NCBI GenBank assembly: GCA_009103225.1
Contig: RHPI01002048.1
Coordinates: forward strand, 361,702-425,701
Direction: 5' to 3'
Length of the DNA stretch: 64,000 bases
DNA from: Chlorokybus atmophyticus
Taxonomy: Eukaryota; Plantae; Mesostigma and Chlorokybus algae
Below the pieces are notes generated by a model, which was not told the origin of the DNA, did no database searches, and worked only from the letters and a program-made list of their open reading frames with translations. Below, piece by piece: positions 52,945 through 64,000 of the stretch. How positions within the stretch are numbered: the stretch's first letter is position 1; each line of letters opens with the position of its first letter. Made by a program: the position numbers and the translations under genes.

Positions 52945-53865
52945 GTCAGCACCGCCGATGCCACTCTCACCCACAGCCAAGTCAGCAACGGAGTCAAGGA
53001 AGAAACATAGAGATATGCTGTATGGCGCTGCTGGGAACTTGTCGATATCGGTGCGTATCCTCATTGAATATGTTGGATATCCGCTTCTGGTTGGGAGTGG
53101 CGACTGCGGCGGCGGCGGCGGCGGCGGCGGCGGTGGTCGCGGTAGCGGTGTGGGTGAAGGCGTTTGTTGGTGCACATTGCGATGGTGGGCTAAACAAGTA
53201 GCTAAGTCAGTCAATTCATTCGATTCTCCGTTCTCTGAGCTTGTCGAGGTGAGTGATGGTAGATCTGCCAAGTTGGCGTGCTTGTGCATGCTCCCCCAAG
53301 CAGGACGAAAACAATCACAATCACCATCATCGTCACCGTTAGTAATCGCCATCACTAGTGTCATTACCGTGCTGATCTGCTGCTTGCATGATCTTGAGCG
53401 CTCAACAACGAGCAGCGCACAACTGTACTCTTGCATGTGTTGTCCGCATGCATTGCTGAGGTGTTGCACATGCAAGCAGCTGTGGTTGTCCAAGTTCAAA
53501 GTTGCAGCCACCTGCGTGCATGGCACGGCCGTGTTAGTGTTCCGCATTTCTGTAGCATCAAGTCATCTCTGTACCAAAAGGTTTTTTTGCCTTCGTCGTA
53601 ATCCCCGCAGCGCCATCATCTACGTGTTGCGGGGTCAAGTAGTGTTGGCAATGCTGGTGCGCTAGATATGTTGCCTCGTTGTGTTCGTGCGTATGTGTGA
53701 TGTCATGCTGTCCTGTCCTCCTGTTGAGACAGCTTCCAAGGGAGCAATGTGTTGCGCGCGTACCTACGTGTGTGCATGCATGGCACATGCAAGCACAGCG
53801 TAATCAAGAAAGAGTGTATCATTAGTCACTTCTGCTCTCACGTTGACCACGTACATGTGTGTCAG

Positions 53866-56076
53866 ATGGATGCGATGAATGCGGGTGGAGGTGGGGAGAA
53901 CGGGTCGGACAGGCAGGTGCGCGTGCGGTTCACGACGAAGCTGCCGCCGCAGCTGCGCGTCACCTCGGCGCCGTTCGCCGTCCCCGCCAAACTCGCTCGC
54001 TACGGCCTCAGCGAAGTCATCAATACCCTACTAGGCTTGGGTACGCACACGCACACGCACACGCACGCACGCACGCACGCACGCACGCACAAGCATACGC
54101 ACCTGCATTGCAGAGAAGCCGCAGCCCTTTGATTTCTTGGTGGACGGGGAGCTCGTCCGCACCTCTCTGGAGAAGCTTCTCATCAACAAGCAGCTCTCGG
54201 CGGTGCGTACCTGCCACAGTCACGTGGACACACACACGCATCACAACTCACCCATCAATCCAACGCAGGAGAGCATCTTGACGTTGGAGTACGTGCCTGC
54301 CGTGGCCCCCCCGCACAAGGATGCCGCGGCCAAGCATGATGACTGGGTGAGCGCTGTTCACGGACGACACAACAAGTGAGTGCTGTCATGCAGCATGTGT
54401 GTATGTGACCCAGTCATGTGGTTTAAGGTTCGCCGTCGACTCACGATGTGTATGTGTGTTACCCACCTTTGTTGTGGCAGGCTCATAATCACAGGCTCGT
54501 ACAATGCAAACGCAAGGTAATGTAGCCTGACATAAATACAGCATAAACATCCATGCTGCGAGAACAACAAACATTCTGCATTTGTTGTTGTGTTGCAAGA
54601 CTGTGGGACAGGCAAGGCACGTGCGTGTGCGTGCTGCAAGGCCACACGGACGCGGTCAACGACGTGGTTGCGGTGCCCACAACATCCGCAAACACCCTCA
54701 GAGGCAAGTCGCGCTGTAGTTGTAGCAAGGTTTGAATATCATGCAAGTTGATACCAAAAGCAGTCTTGATTGATACTACTCCTCGCAGTTGTTGCTGCAT
54801 CAAAGGACCAAACCCTGCGAATGTGGGAGGCGAGTGATACATACCAACTGCTGCTTCACTTGATGATCAAACTGGTGCCAAGATGGTTGGTAAGAGTGTG
54901 GGCTCGTTGTAGGTGCCGGATGATGTTGCCACCAACGCGAGCAAGACGGCAACAAAACACACTCCTGTGCGAGTTTTCAAGGGCCACAATGCTGCCGTGG
55001 AGGCCGTGGCTTCCAGTCCAGACGGCCGGCTGGTAAATGTGCCTTGTTCGTCTTGTAGTTGTGTGTTGGTGGGTCACAGGACAACGCGTGACATCGCGTG
55101 GCTTTTCCATCTTGCAGCTGTGTTCTGGCGGGTGGGACATGGAGCTGAAGTTCTGGCAGGCCAACGGTGCCGGAAGCGCCGAGGAAGGGAAGGCAGTGAA
55201 GCGGCAGAAAGTGGGATCCAATACCAATGGCGTGGCCCTCGAAGAGGTGTGCTTCTGTAATGCTCACTGTGTGTGTGCGCGTGCGCGTGCGCGTGCGTGT
55301 CCGCGCAGGTGCATGCACGTGAGAGCGTGTGCACGTGTGAGTGAGCGTGTGTGAGAGAGTGTGTGAACATTGGAGTGTGGTTTTGCGCATGTTTGTGGTT
55401 ATGTGGATGTAAACGTGCGTTCTCGCGTGCGTGCCTGCGCGCGCAGGGAAATCGCGTGTGTGTTCTCTATCTCATCATGTGGTATGATGCTTCTTCATGC
55501 TGATTGTCTCATCTCCTCTACTAGGTGTCCGTGGATCGCTCGCTCGCTGGCCACACCCAATGCGTCTCTGCTCTCTCCTGGCCCTCCGCCTCCCGCGACA
55601 CGTTGTACTCCTCCTCATGGGACCACTCCCTCCGCGCCTGGGACGTCGAGACCGGCAGCAACACGCAGACACTCACCTCCTCCAAGGCCGTGTACACGCT
55701 GTCCGTCGATCAACACGCACGTCTCGTCGCGACGGGGGGAGCCGACACAACTGTACGCGTGTGGGACACACGCGCAAGAAACTCCACAACACCAGGGATT
55801 AGATTGTCATCAAATGGCAGTGAGTGGGTTTCGGCTGTGAGGTTCTCGCCATCGAATGCGCATCAGCTCATTGCGGCTTCGTATGACGGGTCGATAAGGT
55901 TGTGGGATGTGAGAGGTAAGGTGCCGTTGCACACCGTGTCTCAAGCGCACGAGGGCAAGGCGCTTGCGGTGGATTGGTTGGGTGACGGAGAGACCGCGTT
56001 TGCGTCTGGGGGAGAAGATGGAAGGATGGTGGTGTATACGATGAGTGGGGTGCAACAGGACAGAACAGATGCGTGA
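53866..56076 (+). CDS. WDR12: Ribosome biogenesis protein WDR12/YTM1 (NLE/UBL + WD40), multi-exon
   Basis: QVRVRFTTKL...PFAVPAKLARYGLSEVINTLL, PFDFLVDGELVRTSLE, ESILTLEY, HDDWVSAV, LAGHTQCVSAL.W, SSSWDHSLRAWDVE, ASYDGSIRLWDVRGKVPL. Confidence 0.95.
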
Positions 56077-56762
56077 TACAAGAGCGTGTGTTTGTTGGAT
56101 TGAATGTTCCTCATATGGTGCTTGAGTTGGAGTTGCCTGAGTTATTGGAAGTTGCAAATGTATTACAAGCGAAGTACACCACATTGCACTGCGTCTCAGC
56201 AGCAAGCTGCGCAAGGCGTTGCTGTTTGATTATATCTGTAGCTGTAGCTTCAAGCCACTTTTGGTGGGATTGCTCACTTGGCAATTGCTCTGCAACCGAA
56301 CACGACAGCTGATGCATTTCAAGAGGCAGCCGTTGACCCTGCCAGCATCAACTGCACTGTTGCAGTCCACTGTCAATTCAAATTGCCATTGTGACTGCCG
56401 CCCAATGCTCAACACCTGATTACCACAACGTCATCTTTCTCCACACAATGGTGGCGAAGACATAGATATAGCCTGAGTAACACAACCACACACAGGCGCA
56501 CACAAATACACAAAGCCACAAATGCATGACAGGCCTCATAAACAAGCAGGCCCCCCAGGATTTCTCAACGCACACCAGGTTACCCTAAGACTCTCCTCCC
56601 TAATTGCAGTGTAGAGCGTCACACAAGCAAAAGAGAGAGACGCTCTACACTAGCAGCTGACTAGCAAAACAAGGCAATTCCTACCAACAAAAGTGACTTT
56701 GAGCGACAACAACAGCAACAACGTGTAAGTGTTTACCCCAACAATCAGCCCCCCCCCCCCCC

Positions 56763-56891
56763 NNNNNNNNNNNNNNNNNNNNNNNNNNNNNNNNNNNNNN
56801 NNNNNNNNNNNNNNNNNNNNNNNNNNNNNNNNNNNNNNNNNNNNNNNNNNNNNNNNNNNNNNNNNNNNNNNNNNNNNNNNNNNNNNNNNNN
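56763..56891. other. Assembly gap (N run) flanked by C-rich sequence
   Basis: N run directly visible. Confidence 0.99.
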
Positions 56892-56926
56892 GGTTATGAA
56901 GCCCCCCCGCCCAACGTGCGAGACCA

Positions 56927-58390
56927 TCACGTCCCCAACACGTTCGTGGGCACGAGCTCAAACCTCCCGCCGAGGTCGGCGTGCTGGACTCGACTCCTGT
57001 ACAGCCTTCGGACCTGATCGATCCGGTAAAAGTCTGCAACGCACTCCAAAGCCTGCAAAAGGATGAAGTACGTGCTGGGTATAGCATGACTTGTAAACGG
57101 TGCAACACAACATGTCATTGAGGATGCACTTGCCTGATAGTTGGACTCGCAGGCCACGACCACGCCGTCCAGCTTTCCCCCGCGCGAGTCCACGGTGTCC
57201 ATCTCAACGCAATTGCTGAAGAACTCCAACAATCCACCAAAGAACGAATCTGCGCACGCACACATTAAGACTCGCATATACACATACACACAACACCACA
57301 ACAACTCTCATACACGTGTATGCGTACCGTAGTTCATGAGGATGACTGGCACTTGTAGGTGTGGCGACTGCTGTTCGAGGCGCTGCGCGAGAACGATGAC
57401 TTCGAACAACTCGTACATGGTGCCGAGGCCGCCAGGAAGCACGATGAACGCCGTGTGGTCAGTCTCTTTCAACCTAATGCCCGCATTCACGAGCATGCCC
57501 TGCGCATGGGTCAAAAACACACAAGTCCACATTGGCACGCATAATGCAGCAACATCAAGGGCGAGCGGGTGGGCGATGTGGTGTGTGTGTGTGTGTGCGC
57601 GCGCGCGTGCATGTGTGCGTTTGTGAGATGTGTGCACGCACCTTTTGCTTAGCAGGAGAGCCGGCTACAAAGTAGTGGTTCATTGCGAGGTACGGATGGT
57701 CTCGGACCTCGCCGCTATCGCTGCCAGGCTGCCTTATGTACACGCCCGCTGTGACCACCCCCGCCTCTTCAGCCCCCTAGTTGAGTGTGTTCATACATGT
57801 GCATATTCACGCACACGCGCATGCGCGCGGGTATGCCTGCATGCATTTAAGTGCGCATATGTGAATAGAGTGACTTCCTAATTGCGCTAGTACTGCATCT
57901 GCACATTCATGCGTAGCATGCAGGGTGATATGGTAAGCCAATAGCAAAAACGAAAGAACAGGTAAAACACCGGCTTGTTGGCTGACCTGGCTGACTGCTT
58001 GCATCATCCCTGGCCCGCCTCCCGTCCACACGGGCGACTCCAACAAGTACGCCAACTGTCCAACAGAACACCGACTTGCATACCGGTAACTCCAAGTGCA
58101 CAGAGCACTCGCGCACAAACGTACACACGCGCATGCACACACCCGCACGCGCGCATACATACCTCTCGTCCGCAAGTACACGCGCGCAACAGCCCACAAG
58201 CCCACATGCACATACACATACACATACATATACATACCTCTCGTCCTAGCTCTGTGGCGTTCTGCAGTATGCGTTCTGTGCTCTTTAGCCCCGGCCTCAG
58301 CCGCGACGAACCGAAGAACACGATGCCGGGGCCGATCCGATCCAGCAGCTCCGCGAATTGTGGGTCCGCCGACGGGGACGACAGCGGCAT
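56927..58390 (-). CDS. LOG / lysine-decarboxylase-like family protein (At1g50575-type), multi-exon
   Basis: GIVFFGSSRL, VWTGGGPGMMQAV, HPYL, AFIVLPGGLGTMYELFE (PGGxGTxxE), VPVILMNY-DSFFGGLLEF. The start is the in-exon ATG; an upstream exon near 59515 is possible. Confidence 0.85.
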
Positions 58391-59616
58391 TGTGGGGAGG
58401 CACACGCGCAAACCTGACCACACAAAAGGCACAAACACGTCATGTGCTTATCAAACATTGTGGTTCGTGCACACTCAGCACTGCGTACCAACACCTCCTG
58501 AAAAGCTATAATAGCGCGAGACTCAACTGGAAAAAGGATTGCATTTGAGTTGAGTTGCTACCAAGAAGTGCCAATGAAAGCGAGATTTAGAACTTGAACC
58601 TATGACTTCCACAAATGACAACACACGACACCTCATCTACTTATTCAATAACTCTTGGAACAAATAATCCATGCACAACTCACCCACTACAACAAGTGTT
58701 CCTACAGTAACATTCAGTCATCTCTCATGCATGCATCTAGTCATTCACTCATGAATCCACCCCAGTCGTTAAATCCCTAACTCATCCGCTCACTCTCTCA
58801 AAGTGACACAGTCATTCAAACAAATGTCTTTCAGCTGGAGACACTATGCATGATAATCAACCATACACAGAACAGAAAAAACAGAAAAAACAAGACTAAC
58901 ACGCCGAACAAACACACAATGCTCTGCAGGCGCATGCAACAAAGAGCCGCACGACACAGAAAGATAATTGCTTTTGTTCATATTATTGTTTTTGTTCATT
59001 GCTTCATTCAACAGCAACGGTTATGACAGCTTGCCTTCTTAAAACAGAGGTTAAGCTCATGTGCGCACTGAAAGCCCCAACTTCACACACTCGAGTATTA
59101 GATGTAGGGAGTAAGTAAGTACGCTACCATGCCAAGTATATTGAGCAACCGGAAGAGAGAGTTCGAGCATGCTCAATTCGGGAAAACAGACAAGACAGCA
59201 TGATAACGGAATGACTCTGCTCGTGTGTATGTGATTGCTGTGCATGCGCTTGCTCCGGCATGTTGAAACCTGGCTTGCAGCTGCTGTGTACATTCAATCA
59301 TCCAATTCATCACAGCCTTGACTTGCCACTTGTTCATGCTTCTTCTTTTCTGCCATTTACTTACTGTCGAATGACTCAAGCTCACGCCGCCTCCACTGAC
59401 CAAAGCAACTCGCTGAAACAGCAATACGCTCGCTCGCTGGCTCACTTGCCGCTCCGCTCAACAACGCTACCGCCTCACTCCTCCACTACACCGTCGCCGC
59501 CGCCTTCTTTACCTGTACGGCCGTGGCCGACGAGCAACTGTACGGCGGCACGTATGGCATTGTACGACACATAGGCGGCCTAGCAGCGGCGGCGGCGGTG
59601 GGGGTGGACGACCACG

Positions 59617-59648
<32 letters not shown>

Positions 59649-59679
59649 TGGGCAAGCGTGAGGTGGTTGGTCCCCAGCC

Positions 59680-62600
59680 ATGGCAGCAGCAGGGTTGTGC
59701 CATGGCGGTTGCTTGCAAATGGCCGCATTGGGCGCTCCGGCTCCTGCAGGGGCCAGCAGCAGCACCAGGCGACAGAGGAAGGGTAGGGGGAGGGGTGTGG
59801 TGTGCCAGGCCAAGAAGCAGCAGCAGCAGCAGCGTTCGACTGGTGGCGGGGCTAGCAGAAGAGGTGGCAGCAATCAGGTAGACATGTTGGTCAAATCGCG
59901 GGCGTACATACATGCACGCACGCAGGCGAGCACGCTGCACTCTAGTATAACTACATATGTATATACGCATGATGTTTCTTTCACATTACCAAGGATGCTT
60001 CGTAATCACTCTGCACTCCATTTGCGAGCTGCATGGAAGAAACAATCCTGATTTACAGTGTGTCTCCGCGCCGCCATCCACTTCGTTTCCATGCTGTTGT
60101 CGCAGCAGCCTTCATCTCATCTCCAATATAGCGAAACAAACAAGCATGCCCTACTGTGAATCAAGTTTTATTTTCTCTTCTTGGTTCTTCTTCTTTCTTA
60201 GGGTCGTACTTGTGTTTACTGTTGCAAGGCACCAGCAGACGAGCACTCTTCATGTGTCAACTGCCCGCTTGCGATGATACGGACTGTGTTGTCCTCAATG
60301 GGATGTACGTTTGTGTTGCGTGACGGGTCGTGTTCAGCGCTTTAACAAGGTTGCAAGCATGATGTTGTGTACAAACCGCAGCCACACACCTATACATGCA
60401 CACCCACACGCCAGCACACGCCCAGCCGCGCATGCACCAGAGTTGCACACACATACATGCTCAGTACAGTTCATCACACCGCTGCTCGCTCCAATGACAG
60501 GTGACTCAGCTGCAAAGAAGATCGCAACAGCCACTGCCGCTGGTTCAGGACGCACCAGACCTCACTTCCAAAGAAACACCATCACCATCACCCTCCTCCT
60601 CCTCCTCCTCGTCCTCCTTCTCCTCCTCCTCCTCATCATCATCATCAATTGGAAGAGAGCGCCACAATGACCATCAACAACAACACAATCAGCATTCATC
60701 AGAGCAGCCGACAGTTTCAAGTTCAAACAGCATCCAAGAGCCCGAGGGCGACGAGAACATGTTAGAGCTCCCCCGCGAGAAAGGCATGTTGGCCGGGTTG
60801 TTGCGTCCCGCGTGGGTTCGCCTCCTTCGCGTGTCAGCCTCACTGCCCCTCGCAATAAGTGAACTTGCCGTCATCGCGGGTATGTCCGCGGTTGGGACTG
60901 TCATAGAACAGAACCGTAGCACGCAGTTCTACTTTGAGACTTACCCCGACAACCCCGCGTTGTTCGGCTTCCTCACGGGTGGGTTTATACTCCAACTTGG
61001 GCTGGACCACGTGTACACGACGTGGTACTTCCTCGCCCTACTCGCCGGCCTCGCCTTTTCACTCTCCGCATGCACGTGGACACGCCAACGCCCGCTCGTC
61101 AAATCCGCCAACCGATGGCGCTTTGCACGCAATGCTAACAGCTTGACAAAGCTAGAAGTGAACGAAGCTCTACCCAATGCACGCCTAGGCGACGTGGCCC
61201 TCGCCCTTATGACACGCGGCTACCAGGTGAGAGAGATAACAATTCACACATACCCACATAACAGCGAGTCTTGTTGGATATAGTGTGTGATTTGTTGCCC
61301 TGGCAGGTGTTTGCGAGTGGTCCCGCATTGTACGCGTTCAAAGGCGTGGCGGGCAGGTTGGCGCCGATTGGCGTGCACGCGAGTTTGATTCTCATTATGG
61401 GAGGAGGCGCAGCCGGCGCGCTCACGGGCTTCCATGGCAGCGCCATGATTCCAGAGGGTCAGGTGTGGGGAGTACACACACTTCTCCCATATTGGTTTGT
61501 GGTTCTCTCGTCGTTTCTGATGATCTGAGGAGTTCATGTGCGCGCAGGATTTTATTGTGGGTGAAGCTATGGAAGCGCAGAGCCCGCTTGCGGGTCATCC
61601 AGATGCGTTGGATGCGCAAGTGTACGTGAACGACTTCCACATAGACTACCTACCGACCGGAGAGGTGACGTTTGTGTACAAAGTGACGAATGCTCGAGGC
61701 AGCATTCTGGCTCCAACATTGTCACGCCGCTCATGCTCATGCATGTTGTCTCGCTGCCCCACCGCAGGTTTCACAGTTTTACTCGGACCTGTCACTCTAC
61801 GACCCGCGAACCAACCAAGTCACACGCAAGATGATATCGGTACGGCACCCCCAACTAGCATTCTGTTCACTGTGTCCCAGTAATAACAACAACAACAACA
61901 ACAACAACAACAGGTGAACGATCCTTTGAGGTACGGCGGTGTCACGATGTATCAGACAGATTGGAGCATAGCCGCCATTCAGTTGCGGGTTGGCAATGGT
62001 GAACCAATCAGGCTGGCCATGGGTCAGTTGCAAAAGGAGGGAGGAAAGGTGCTTACAGCCGGCAGTGGACCTCATACAACAATGTGGTTGACGCAACATT
62101 GGGCTCACGCTCTTGTGTTGTTGTGTTGTTGCAGTCGGACGACAAGCTGTACGCTGCTTACCTCCCGACCAACGCTGAAGACCCTCGGCAAGGAGTGTGA
62201 GTGGACCGCACAGTCAAATTGGCTGTCCTTACGTGTCTGTCTACATGTGTATGTATGAGTGCACGTGCATGCGTGCGAGTATTTGTGAAGTGGAAGTTAC
62301 GAATCACAGCTGAAAAAGCAGTGTAGCATTCATCTCATGCCGCAGGTCCATGCTCGCTCGCACGCTTGAAGAGGTTGTTCTGTACGACAAGACAGGCAAG
62401 TTTGTTGGCGTGCGAAGGCCCGGCTCCAACAAGCCGATTGAGGTCAACGGCGTGAGCCTGGTCATTGAGCAGCTCACCGGAAGCACAGGACTGGAGCTGA
62501 AGGTCAGCACGCATGCAACACACTGCTATGCAGTCTTACCACTACCACTCTTGGTTGTCTCCTAACACAACTACTGTTATGTTGGCGCAGATGGATCCCG

Positions 62601-62944
62601 GTGTGCCGTGGGTATATGCAGGGTTCGGAGGCCTCATGCTCACCACATTCTTGAGCTACCTGTCTCATTCGCAGGTGAAGGGAGCTGTCTTTTACCCACC
62701 TGTGTGTTGTGTTGTGTCAAGCATGTTATTCATCATCATTGTGTGCGTGTGGCAATCGCAGGTGTGGGCTCTTCAGCAAGGGTCCAGCGTGCACGTGGGC
62801 GGCAAGACCAACCGTGCAACGCTGGCGTTCCGCAACGAGATGTCGGACATGTTCGACGAGGTACCCGAGTATGAAGGCCCGGATGGCGGCCTCGGCGCGG
62901 CCGTAGCGCAGGTTGCGCCTTCCGAGCAAACGGCTGTTGCGTAG
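59680..62944 (+). CDS. CCS1: Cytochrome c biogenesis protein CCS1 (ResB family), chloroplast, multi-exon
   Basis: ASLPLAISEL..IA.MSAVGTVIEQN, LGLDHVYTTWYF, SLSACTWTRQ.P, RLAPIGVHASLILIM.G, SQFYSDLS, VNDPLRYGGVTMYQTDWS, DPGVPWVYAGFG.LMLTTFLSYLSHSQVWALQ...VHVGGKTNRA. Transit-peptide first exon with a phase-0 join at 60501. Confidence 0.96.
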
Positions 62945-63622
62945 ATGCTTGCATAGGAGTTCGAAGTCAGATGCTGTTGCTGCCGTTGCAGACAACTGCA
63001 GCACGTTGCCTCGCTGTGTAGTGTACTTTCTTGCGGGGTCGTATGCTGCTGGGGTCCATGCTGATAGCGCGCTTGCTGTTAGTTCTAGTTGCGTGTAGTG
63101 TTGCTAGTGATGGTTACCAGATACGGCACAGGTTTCGCTCCCTCGCCATGACTTAATGCCCCAGTGAGCTAGCTTGCCAATAACGCTGCAGTCATCAGCC
63201 TAAATTCCACTGACAAAGCTAGTGAATGCAGCATGTGTCGGCCTGATGGACACTGCCAGTATAGTATCGGTTATGTAGTAATGTAGACAGCCATATTGTG
63301 TGAGTGGGCATGCGTGTGCATGAAATGCCTGCCTGCCTGCCTGCCCCGATGCCCATGCGACCAGTTGCAGATGGACTGTGCACTACGGTTATGGTGTCAT
63401 AAGTGATCGTCTGGCTTTGACGTCCAACAGAACACTGCTCTCAGCAGATAGCGTCATTGAGGCAGCAAGTGGCCAATGTATAGTGCAATATGTTCCGTAC
63501 ATATACAAAAACGTTAGGGGCTTATCAAGAGGCAATTGTCCCTCCCGCATCGCAATGGATCCACAACATGGTGTGTGCAATCGTGCAGCATATCTTGAGA
63601 ATAATTCAACCAAGCGTATTTA

Positions 63623-64000
63623 CTACACTGCAGGTGGCGCTGCATTTTGCTTTTTCCGCAGCTCCATAGCGTCCACACCCAACTCCAACTCGCTCTCTCT
63701 CTCGTGCTGCAACAGCGCCCCCTTGGATCCGCCACTCTCAAAAGCCTGCACGCGTGTGCATGTGTGTTTGTACATGTGCGTGCGTGCGCGAGCAGCAGAC
63801 ACCACTATGAGCATAGCTACAAGACTGCAAATGCGGGCCAAGAACAATAAGAAAAGGCAAAGAACAACAAGCATCTGCATAAGGTTGACATGGCGTTTGT
63901 TGAGCGGCGCGTCCCCTTGATCCTCCTTCTCGACGAGTTGCCGCTCGCGAATCCGCCGTTGCTGCAAACAGAGCCCCAACATCAGGGCAATGGATCCACA
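63623..64000 (-). CDS. 3' end of a gene running off the window (TM segment followed by a short cytosolic tail)
   Basis: An open frame CGSIALMLGLCLQQRRIRE... enters from the window edge, with an intron-like GT/CA tract and a terminal exon ending ...KKQNAAPPAV*. No family was recognised. Confidence 0.4.
   Translation of the reverse strand, partial: CGSIALMLGLCLQQRRIRERQLVEKEDQGDAPLNKRHVNLMQMLVVLCLFLLFLARICSLVAMLIVVSAARARTHMYKHTCTRVQAFESGGSKGALLQHERESELELGVDAMELRKKQNAAPPAV

Noticed and set aside
35314-62944. Apparent cluster of cofactor genes (PLP, B12, pterin, thiol redox, heme/cytochrome c)
   Set aside because: The pathways and compartments are unrelated and are interleaved with WDR12 and a membrane protein. 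This is best explained as ordinary gene-dense housekeeping DNA; no shared regulatory motif was seen.

Overview
Eukaryotic nuclear DNA: GC-rich, intron-rich genes with short GT-AG and a few GC-AG introns and CA/GT-rich intron repeats. The gene content (CDF-type Dof factor with IKLFG, AT5G16520-like and At1g50575-like genes, nuclear CCS1) fits a green alga, most likely an early-diverging streptophyte; this is inference, not a species call. Bases ~1-19,000 are transposon-rich and gene-poor: an intact ~500-bp TRIM with 89-bp LTRs and a perfect TSD, a deleted Ty3/gypsy element, a degenerate RLE-type non-LTR retrotransposon, long (CA)n/poly-C tracts, and one clean 4-exon gene that seems to join a SPLAYED-N-like domain to a ubiquitin-like domain. 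Bases ~19,500-64,000 are gene-dense: WDR26, OSBP-related ORP1, CDF-like Dof, PLPBP/YggS, an AT5G16520-like membrane protein, an ABCD4-like transporter, a DCC-family protein, PCD, WDR12/YTM1, a LOG-like protein and CCS1. The strongest finding is the ABCD4-like (lysosomal vitamin B12 exporter-type) half-transporter at 43306-47260. It carries a MMADHC/CblD-like B12-trafficking domain inserted in frame between its TMD and NBD, plus an N-terminal dileucine vacuolar/lysosomal sorting motif, suggesting a fused B12 export-and-hand-off module. All homology calls come from recalled sequences and motifs; no database search was run.
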